Assembly (NCBI RefSeq): GCF_001945605.1 | Contig: NZ_MPKA01000056.1 | Coordinates: forward strand, 28,987 to 60,986 | Length of the DNA: 32,000 bases | Direction of reading: 5' to 3' | DNA from: Dubosiella newyorkensis | GTDB taxonomy: Bacteria; Bacillota_I; Bacilli_A; Erysipelotrichales; Erysipelotrichaceae | Shown: one piece after another, positions 1-5,425 of the stretch | Position numbering within the stretch: position 1 is the stretch's first letter | Layout: the number at the start of each line of letters is the position of its first letter | Position numbers and translations under genes: made by a program | Notes under the pieces: model-generated | Database searches by the model: none | Told to the model about the DNA's origin: nothing | The model's input: the letters and a program-made list of their open reading frames with translations, nothing else

Positions 1-422
1 GATTTGCTTTCGTCGACAAAATACATTCTCGAAATTTTTTTTGGCTTGAGATTCAAGCCATCGATGATTTCCCACGCGAGAAGCTCTCCTTCTCCAGAAG
101 GGTCATCGTCGGTCGCAATGATCAATTCTTCACAATCACTTAGATCCTTTTTTATTTGTTTGAGGATGTCAGACGCTTCTTTCGTTTGTTTCTTCTTCCA
201 TTCGAAATCTTCGCGTTTCCAAGGAAGATGCTCTGTCTTCCAGGATCTATATTTCTTTTTCAGATCGTCTTGGACTTGTTCATATGGATCATAAAGTTCA
301 TAGAGATGTCCGCGGGCATGAGTGATCCTATAGTGTTCTCCGTTATATGTTCCTTCTTTTCCACCAAGCGCTTTGGCGAAGTTGTTCGCTGCGCTTGCTT
401 TCTCTGTTAAAATTCCAATCAT
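1..422 (-). CDS. Type IA topoisomerase-like Toprim-domain protein, N-terminal ~140 codons (gene continues past window start)
   Basis: Absent from the ORF track because it is open at the window edge. Minus-strand translation from ATG 422-420 (in-frame TAG 434-432 just upstream) reads MIGILTEKASAANNFAKALGG..HARGHLYEL..IIATDDDPSGEGELLAWEIID. This resembles the IAEKPS-like N-terminus and acidic DxD/E Toprim cluster of topoisomerase IA/III. Confidence 0.7.
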   Translation of the reverse strand, partial: MIGILTEKASAANNFAKALGGKEGTYNGEHYRITHARGHLYELYDPYEQVQDDLKKKYRSWKTEHLPWKREDFEWKKKQTKEASDILKQIKKDLSDCEELIIATDDDPSGEGELLAWEIIDGLNLKPKKISRMYFVDESK

Positions 423-495
423 ACCGTTAGTCTATCAGAAAAATAAAAACAAGCAAAAGAAAAACTTTTCTACTTGATGAAAAATCGCATAAAAC

Positions 496-525
496 AAAAA
501 AAAACACCGCTCAATTACGGTGTTT
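496..525 (-). terminator. Intrinsic terminator after rplT
   Basis: Minus strand: AAACACCG (525-518) / 8-nt loop / CGGTGTTT (509-502), followed by a run of T (A-run 496-501 on plus). It lies 13 nt after the rplT stop. Confidence 0.75.
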
Positions 526-537
526 GATTGGTTTCGA

Positions 538-900
538 TTACGCGTTTGCGATCGCGTTTTTTGCTTCTTCGCAAATTTTTGCGAACGATTCAGCATCGTG
601 GATCGCCATTTCAGAAAGCATCTTTCTGTTGATTTCCACGTTCGCAAGCTTTAATCCATGCATAAGACGCGAATAAGAAAGATCATGCATATGCGCAGCT
701 GCGTTGATACGAGTGATCCAGATCTTGCGCATATTTCCTTTCAATTTGCGACGGTCATTGTACGCATACTTGAATGAATGCATGACTTGCTCATTGGCAG
801 TTTTATAAAGAGTATGTTTCGAACCAAAATACCCTTTTGCTAGCTTTAATATCTTTTTTCTTCTTCTGCGGCTTACAGTACCACCTTTAACTCTTGCCAT
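538..900 (-). CDS. rplT: 50S ribosomal protein L20
   Basis: 120-aa [42 protein letters not shown].. is a typical L20. It sits in the canonical infC-rpmI-rplT order. Confidence 0.97.
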   Translation of the reverse strand: MARVKGGTVSRRRRKKILKLAKGYFGSKHTLYKTANEQVMHSFKYAYNDRRKLKGNMRKIWITRINAAAHMHDLSYSRLMHGLKLANVEINRKMLSEMAIHDAESFAKICEEAKNAIANA

Positions 901-920
901 TGTGTGTTCCTCCCTTTATA

Positions 921-1112
921 TTACTTCAACATTTCCTTGATACGTTTGTAGTCAGTGCTGCTCAGCAATCCTGGTTTCGCCAAATGACGACGTTGTTTCT
1001 TCGTTTTACCGTGGAAACGATGAGACGTGTAAGCATGGGATCTCTTAACTTTTCCCGATCCTGTGATCTTAACGCGCTTAGCTAATCCTCTATGACTTTT
1101 TTGTTTAGGCAT
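921..1112 (-). CDS. rpmI: 50S ribosomal protein L35
   Basis: 63-aa [45 protein letters not shown].. is a typical L35, located between infC and rplT. Confidence 0.97.
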   Translation of the reverse strand: MPKQKSHRGLAKRVKITGSGKVKRSHAYTSHRFHGKTKKQRRHLAKPGLLSSTDYKRIKEMLK

Positions 1113-1133
1113 ACTTAATTCCTCCTACCCTTC

Positions 1134-1673
1134 TTATTTCTTTTTTGGCGCCAACACCGTGGACATGGTGTTTCCTTCAAGCGATGGTCTTTTTTCGATC
1201 GCTGCGATGTCTTTCACTTCATCCAAGAATTGATTCATGATTTGTTTTCCAACTTCTTGGCGAGTCATCATGCGTCCGCGGAATCTCATATCAATCTTTA
1301 CTTTCATGCCCGACTCGATCCATTTTTTCGTTTGACGAACTTTCGTTTCAAAATCATGCGTATCGATGATCGGCGATAAACGTAGAGCTTTGATTTCAAC
1401 GGTATGTTGTTTACGTTTCGCTTCCTTCGCTTTTTTCTGCTGTTCAAAATGGTAACGGCCATAATCTAAGATCTTACATACAGCCGGACGAGCCTTAGGA
1501 GCTACACACAATAAATCGAGATTTTGACGATACGCGATGTCCAATGCTTCTCTCTTTGATAAAACTCCTAACTGTTTTCCATCCGAATCAATGACAAGAA
1601 GTTCTCTAAACGGGATTTTTTCGTTAAAAAGATCATCATTGACATTGTTTGGGGCAACTTTTCTGTTATTGAT
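1134..1673 (-). CDS. infC: Translation initiation factor IF-3, with a probable non-canonical ATC start
   Basis: The ORF-track piece (1134-1544) is the IF-3 C-terminal two thirds. The same frame stays open upstream to TAG 1685-1683 and encodes INNRKVAPNNVNDDLFNEKIPFRELLVIDSDGKQLGVLSKREALD, an IF-3 N-domain. There is no ATG/GTG/TTG in that stretch. The only near-cognate is ATC at 1673-1671, 8 nt after AAAGGTAGG. The resulting 179 aa fits IF-3 size. Confidence 0.85.
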   Translation of the reverse strand: MNNRKVAPNNVNDDLFNEKIPFRELLVIDSDGKQLGVLSKREALDIAYRQNLDLLCVAPKARPAVCKILDYGRYHFEQQKKAKEAKRKQHTVEIKALRLSPIIDTHDFETKVRQTKKWIESGMKVKIDMRFRGRMMTRQEVGKQIMNQFLDEVKDIAAIEKRPSLEGNTMSTVLAPKKK

Positions 1674-1685
1674 ATACGATACCTA

Positions 1686-1820
1686 CCTTTCATAAAAAGA
1701 AAATGGGTACACAAAGGCACCCATTGATTTACGTTCAAATCGAAAACGAATTGGCCATTGACCCATATATCTATCATATATCGGGTGAGAAGGGGTGCTT
1801 CTATCTTTCCATTTCTTTAC
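1686..1820 (-). promoter_or_regulatory. infC-rpmI-rplT leader RNA, probable L20-responsive attenuator (L20-leader type)
   Basis: ~135-nt leader with alternative pairings. ACCC(g)ATATAT..ATATATGGGT forms an upstream hairpin, and its ATGGGT arm is repeated in the 5' arm of the terminator. Firmicute infC operons are known to be controlled by an L20-binding leader with a terminator. Confidence 0.5.
1692..1725 (-). terminator. Attenuator terminator inside the infC leader
   Basis: Minus strand: AATGGGT (1725-1719) / 10-nt loop / ACCCATT (1708-1702), then TTCTTTTTAT. It lies between the promoter at 1827-1855 and the infC start. Confidence 0.6.
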
Positions 1821-1826
1821 TTTACG

Positions 1827-1855
1827 ACTATACCACAATCCCAAAGAGGATGCAA
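1827..1855 (-). promoter_or_regulatory. Sigma-A-type promoter of the infC operon
   Basis: Minus strand: TTGCAT (1855-1850) - 17 nt - TGgTATAGT (extended -10; TATAGT = 1832-1827). Confidence 0.55.
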
Positions 1856-1863
1856 TAGGAAAA

Positions 1864-1890
1864 CAAAAAAAAGAACCATGCCTGGTTCTT
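1864..1890 (-). terminator. Intrinsic terminator after tRNA-Lys
   Basis: Minus strand: AAGAACCA / GGCA / TGGTTCTT (1890-1871), followed by TTTTTTT. It lies 13 nt downstream of the tRNA 3' end. Confidence 0.75.
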
Positions 1891-1902
1891 CGATTTCAAA
1901 AA

Positions 1903-1978
1903 TGGTGGACCCTTAGGGATTCGAACCCTAGACCCACTGATTAAGAGTCAGTTGCTCTGCCAACTGAGCTAAGGGTCC
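1903..1978 (-). tRNA. tRNA-Lys (anticodon CUU), CCA encoded
   Basis: The reverse complement GGACCCTTAGCTCAGTTGGCAGAGCAACTGACTCTTAATCAGTGGGTCTAGGGTTCGAATCCCTAAGGGTCCACCA folds as a cloverleaf. Acceptor GGACCCT/AGGGTCC, D stem GCTC/GAGC, anticodon stem ACTGA/TCAGT with loop CTCTTAA, T stem TAGGG/CCCTA with TTCGAAT loop. Confidence 0.93.
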
Positions 1979-1993
1979 TTGATTTGCTTAGAA

Positions 1994-2022
1994 ATAATAA
2001 CATAGATAAGGATCAGAAACAA
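1994..2022 (-). promoter_or_regulatory. Candidate promoter of the stand-alone tRNA-Lys gene
   Basis: Minus strand: TTGTTT (2022-2017) - 17 nt - TATTAT (1999-1994), 15 nt before the mature tRNA 5' end. Confidence 0.4.
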
Positions 2023-2023
2023 G

Positions 2024-2050
2024 ATAAAAAGAGCGAAAAATTCGCTCTTT
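2024..2050 (-). terminator. Intrinsic terminator after the CHAP hydrolase gene
   Basis: AAAGAGCGAA / TTT / TTCGCTCTTT (2050-2028), then TTATCTTGTTT on the minus strand, immediately after the stop at 2053. Confidence 0.7.
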
Positions 2051-2052
2051 CT

Positions 2053-3180
2053 CTATTTTTCCATTTTTTCCGTGCGATGGGCCATAGCCCGGCTCATTTT
2101 TTTCTTTCTGGTGACTCTTTTCATTTCGACGGGTTTTGCTTTTACCGGCTCGTCCTTTGAAGATGTTTCTTCAAGATCGCAAACTCCTTTTTTCGGGATC
2201 GCGAACACGATATCCGGATAAGCGTTTTTATAATCTTCCCAGCGCACTTTATGGACCCAAATATTTCCGCCTTTTCCATTGAACATGACGTTTCCTTCGG
2301 AGATCCATAAATATTCTCCATCAAAGGCTTCCACGAAGCCTACATGTCCATATTGTGGCATGAGCGTATTCCGTTCCATACTGAATGTCGCGCCAGCCGC
2401 TGGCGTGCTGCTTAATTCAAACTTGTCCGAATGGGCTCGCACGATCTCGATCGCATTCGTCTTTCCATTTCCACGCGCGCCACTATCAAAACCATACACT
2501 TGATGGAAGCGTGCCCAAGCGAACCACGTGCATTGACCGACCATGAACGGATTCCCATTGCCTAAAAAATCATTGAGATTGCTCGTCATAAAATCGTCGA
2601 GCTTCATCGCCTTCTTCAAATTTCCGGCATACCCTTTCGCAAGCAGATCGGTAGGATGATACCATGTATTCTTTTCATACGAGATCGTAGGCTTCGTCTC
2701 TTGCGGTTTGTTGACATCTACTTTCTCAGAAGGCAAAACACTCGTTTGTTTATTCGAATCCACGACCGGCTTCATTTCCTCTGGCTTGATCGTTTCCTCC
2801 GGTTTGACCGTTTCTTCCGGTTTGATCGTTTCTTCCGGCTTTATTTCTTCTTCTGGCCTATCTGGCTTTTCCTCGCCCTCTTCTTGTCCTGGCTCTTCTT
2901 CAGGCGTTTCTGGCTTTTCAGGCGTGGATGGCGTTTCTGGGGATATAGGAACGCTTGGCTCCTGAACATCTCCTTTCGTTGAAGGAGGCGTCGTTGTTTC
3001 TGTGCTTGTTGTCGTGTCTGCTCCTAGATCGCCTGTTTCTTTTTTCATATCTTCTTCCACGATTGGCGTTGGATCTTCCATTTCCGTGTTGGCGGCCACC
3101 GCTAAGCTTGGGACAAGATTTAAAGAAATCCCGCAGGACAGCGCGACATGGAGCATTCGGTTACCTTTCTTTATTTTCAT
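2053..3180 (-). CDS. Secreted CHAP-domain peptidoglycan hydrolase with a Pro/Glu/Thr-rich repeat linker
   Basis: N-terminus MKIKKGNRMLHVALSCGISLNLVPSLAVAA looks like a Sec signal peptide. An acidic P/E/T linker follows. The CHAP catalytic pattern is present: GQCTWFAWARF (Cys) and GHVGFVEA (His). The C-terminal tail is basic. Confidence 0.85.
   Translation of the reverse strand: MKIKKGNRMLHVALSCGISLNLVPSLAVAANTEMEDPTPIVEEDMKKETGDLGADTTTSTETTTPPSTKGDVQEPSVPISPETPSTPEKPETPEEEPGQEEGEEKPDRPEEEIKPEETIKPEETVKPEETIKPEEMKPVVDSNKQTSVLPSEKVDVNKPQETKPTISYEKNTWYHPTDLLAKGYAGNLKKAMKLDDFMTSNLNDFLGNGNPFMVGQCTWFAWARFHQVYGFDSGARGNGKTNAIEIVRAHSDKFELSSTPAAGATFSMERNTLMPQYGHVGFVEAFDGEYLWISEGNVMFNGKGGNIWVHKVRWEDYKNAYPDIVFAIPKKGVCDLEETSSKDEPVKAKPVEMKRVTRKKKMSRAMAHRTEKMEK
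2783..2854 (-). repeat. 18-nt (6-codon) tandem coding repeat, 4 copies (KPEET[IV])
   Basis: Plus-strand units: ggcttgatcgtttcctcc / ggtttgaccgtttcttcc / ggtttgatcgtttcttcc / ggctttatttcttcttct. They encode IKPEETIKPEETVKPEETIKPEE. Confidence 0.9.
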
Positions 3181-3217
3181 ATCTCTTAACTTTCTTTCTA
3201 ATATTAAACTTTTTTAA

Positions 3218-3246
3218 ATTATAAACCGAAATTACTAATTTTCCAA
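3218..3246 (-). promoter_or_regulatory. Promoter of the CHAP hydrolase gene
   Basis: Minus strand: TTGGAA (3246-3241) - 17 nt - TATAAT (3223-3218), ~38 nt upstream of ATG 3180. Confidence 0.6.
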
Positions 3247-3500
3247 ATAATTAATTCTATAGAATAACCTCTTTTCTAAGAGCAATTGTTGCAATGTACA
3301 ACAAATTTTCTTATGAAAAATTCATGGAAGATCCTTGTAAATCCCATTTTTCTTACAATGAAAAGAAAACGATACACTTTCCACAAATCTACATAATTTT
3401 TCTTTAATTGTCTACTCTATGTAAACATATATCACTTTGTATACGATTTATGTACAAGTGTTGTATACAAAAAGAAAATTAAAAAAATGAATAAAAAGCC

Positions 3501-3529
3501 TTGATTTCTAAAAAAAGACCATATATATT
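3501..3529 (+). promoter_or_regulatory. Promoter of a short transcript (mini-ORF / sRNA unit)
   Basis: TTGATT (3501-3506) - 17 nt - TATATT (3524-3529). Confidence 0.5.
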
Positions 3530-3561
3530 GAAGATGTAAAAAGTCAATGGAGGAAATCAAG

Positions 3562-3624
3562 ATGAACAATAACAGCAATTCTTCTTATGTATTTGTTCTC
3601 GCTGGAAAGCCACCAATTCGCTAA
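3562..3624 (+). CDS. Candidate 20-codon mini-ORF MNNNSNSSYVFVLAGKPPIR
   Basis: GGAGGA (3549-3554) lies 7 nt before ATG 3562, with TAA at 3622-3624. The ORF sits between a good promoter and an intrinsic terminator. It is too short for the ORF track. Confidence 0.3.
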   Translation: MNNNSNSSYVFVLAGKPPIR

Positions 3625-3656
3625 TTGCAAGAATAGAATACATAATACACCAGGAC

Positions 3657-3682
3657 CGCAGCCATGGAGCTGCGTTTTTTTT
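3657..3682 (+). terminator. Intrinsic terminator of the mini-ORF transcript
   Basis: CGCAGC (3657-3662) / CATGGA / GCTGCG (3669-3674), followed by TTTTTTTT (3675-3682). Confidence 0.7.
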
Positions 3683-3691
3683 GTATCTAAA

Positions 3692-3719
3692 TTGAAATAA
3701 AAGATCAACATTCTACAAT
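3692..3719 (+). promoter_or_regulatory. Candidate promoter giving a leaderless alpha/beta-hydrolase mRNA
   Basis: TTGAAA (3692-3697) - 16 nt - TACAAT (3714-3719), then only 6 nt (aagagt) before ATG 3726. No Shine-Dalgarno sequence is present. Confidence 0.35.
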
Positions 3720-3725
3720 AAGAGT

Positions 3726-4676
3726 ATGAAGAAAAAAACAAAAACGATCCTTTCTGCATCCTTTCTCGTTTCGCTTGCAATCCTCAGCGAGAAAGCCTAT
3801 CGCTATGTCTTTGATCGAAACGCAAAACCATTTGAAGTCAAAAACAAAAAACAAGCCCCTATGCCTAATGTAGACAAGATCGAAAAACTAAAAATCGAAG
3901 CTGAAAAGAAAGTCCAACAAGATTGTTTCGAAACTTTCCATCGCATCAATCCCAATGGCGATCGATTATACGCCACTTTCTTTCCAAGCAAGGATCCCAG
4001 CCAAAAATTTATTCTTTGCTCCCATGGCTATAAGACGACAGGCATACATGAATTTGCACCTTTTCTTCCCTTTTATATCCAGCAAGATCTAAATGTCCTT
4101 ATCGTCGATCATCAAGCCCATGGCCACAGCGAGGGAAAAACGATCACCTTCGGGATCCTTGAAAGCAGGGACCTTCTCGATTGGGTCTATTGGCTGATCG
4201 AACATTTCGGCAAAGACATTGAGATCGCTATCCATGGAATCTCTATGGGAGCCGCTAGCGCGTTGGCTCTATGCGATCAAGTTCCTAGCCAAGTCCGCTT
4301 TATCGTGGAAGACTGCGGCTATACCAATGCCTTCCAACAGCTTCAAGATACGATCCAGCTCGCCAAGCTTCCTAAGCTCACCGCCCTTTTTCTCGCAAAA
4401 GATTTCACACTTCATACAGGATGCTCGCTCAAGAAATTTGATCCTCTCAGTCATGTTAAACACTCAAAAGTTCCTTTATTGATTGTTCATGGTAAAGAAG
4501 ATCCCCTTGTTCCTTTTCCTATGGCTCAAGAAATTTCCAACGCTTGTCCTCGTGAACAAGCAACATTGTTTGTAGATCAAGCAGGCCATGCCCAATCATA
4601 TTTTTTAGCGAAGGAAACTTATCAAGAAATGTTCAAACGTTTCATTGAGAAATATATGCAAAAAGCACGGAACTAA
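3726..4676 (+). CDS. Membrane-anchored alpha/beta hydrolase
   Basis: N-terminal TM segment ILSASFLVSLAILS. Nucleophile elbow GISMGAA (GxSxG). The HG..D..H layout is typical of the alpha/beta-fold hydrolase family. Confidence 0.8.
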   Translation: MKKKTKTILSASFLVSLAILSEKAYRYVFDRNAKPFEVKNKKQAPMPNVDKIEKLKIEAEKKVQQDCFETFHRINPNGDRLYATFFPSKDPSQKFILCSHGYKTTGIHEFAPFLPFYIQQDLNVLIVDHQAHGHSEGKTITFGILESRDLLDWVYWLIEHFGKDIEIAIHGISMGAASALALCDQVPSQVRFIVEDCGYTNAFQQLQDTIQLAKLPKLTALFLAKDFTLHTGCSLKKFDPLSHVKHSKVPLLIVHGKEDPLVPFPMAQEISNACPREQATLFVDQAGHAQSYFLAKETYQEMFKRFIEKYMQKARN

Positions 4677-4688
4677 CTGTTCCGTGCT
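4664..4688. terminator. Bidirectional hairpin shared by convergent genes
   Basis: AGCACGGAAC (4664-4673) / TAACT / GTTCCGTGCT (4679-4688), a 10-bp perfect stem. The plus-gene TAA (4674-4676) lies in the loop and the minus-gene TAG (4675-4673) spans the stem-loop junction. A T-rich tract follows on the minus strand (TTTTTG) and a weaker one on the plus strand. Confidence 0.6.
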
Positions 4689-5425
4689 ATATAGTTTTCG
4701 ATCTCGCTCAAAATAGAATCGACCTGCTTTTGCGCGCGCCGAAACCGGATCCGATCAAAAGGAAGCCGATAGTAGCCTTGCTTTTTCATGATCCGCATTG
4801 TGATCGGATAGTTGACATCAAAGAAAAATCCAAGAAAGGTCATCCAAATATCCAAGCCTGTTTTTCGTTTCGTTTTATCGATGCATTGATGGTTATGGAT
4901 CATCGCCTCGATTTCTTCAGAAACCACATCATTTTGAATGCTTTCATAGCTTGTTGACGTCGTGCTTTCGATCGGTTCGAACGCGAAAACACGCAAAATA
5001 TCGCATTTATCCGCGTCACGAATCATCTTCGCATATTGGATCGTCTTTTCATCCATAGGAACCAATTCATATTTATTATGAAATTGAATCGCCATCAAGA
5101 TCTGCTGTTGTTCCTTTCCAGAAAACCGATCTAAAAAATCCGATCGTTCTAGGATCTCTTTTCCTAGATCAGCATGATCAACGCTTAGATGATCCACAAA
5201 TGTATTGTATCTTTTGAATTGTTCAAAACGTCCAATATCATGAAACAAGGCAATCGTTTCCGCGACTTCCATTTCTCGATCTGAAAGATTTAGAAAACGC
5301 CCAATTTGTTGCATGATCTTTACGACATGCATCGTATGAATGACCTTTAGCCGATTTTGATCCTGCTCTAAATCAAATCCTTGCACATACGCATTAAAGC
5401 AAGCGCGCTCTTTTTCAATCGCCAT
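4673..5425 (-). CDS. HD-domain phosphohydrolase
   Basis: H..HDIGR motif (ALFHDIGRFEQ) plus a downstream RDADK. 250 aa. Overlaps the scrB stop by 11 nt. Confidence 0.75.
   Translation of the reverse strand: MAIEKERACFNAYVQGFDLEQDQNRLKVIHTMHVVKIMQQIGRFLNLSDREMEVAETIALFHDIGRFEQFKRYNTFVDHLSVDHADLGKEILERSDFLDRFSGKEQQQILMAIQFHNKYELVPMDEKTIQYAKMIRDADKCDILRVFAFEPIESTTSTSYESIQNDVVSEEIEAMIHNHQCIDKTKRKTGLDIWMTFLGFFFDVNYPITMRIMKKQGYYRLPFDRIRFRRAQKQVDSILSEIENYIARNS

Noticed and set aside
1568-1777. 69-aa minus-strand ORF upstream of and overlapping infC
   Set aside because: It is out of frame with the IF-3 N-domain that occupies 1545-1673, and it spans the leader terminator. It is better explained as a non-coding leader.
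2656-2982. Plus-strand ORFs (108 aa and 85 aa) with repetitive FRFDRFF / SSGLIVSSG sequences
   Set aside because: They are antisense shadows of the KPEET repeat linker of the minus-strand CHAP gene. They have low-complexity composition, no RBS, and lie inside a well-supported CDS.
3181-3500. WalR/YycF direct repeats (TGTWAH-N5-TGTWAH) upstream of the CHAP hydrolase
   Set aside because: Only isolated half-sites are present (TGTAAA at 3335 and 3420; TGTAAG-N5-TGGGAT on the minus strand). No pair has correct spacing and both halves matching.
3544-3780. 78-aa minus-strand ORF spanning the mini-ORF, the terminator and the hydrolase start
   Set aside because: It is antisense to a promoter/RBS/terminator unit and to the hydrolase 5' end. 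It has no RBS and implausible composition.
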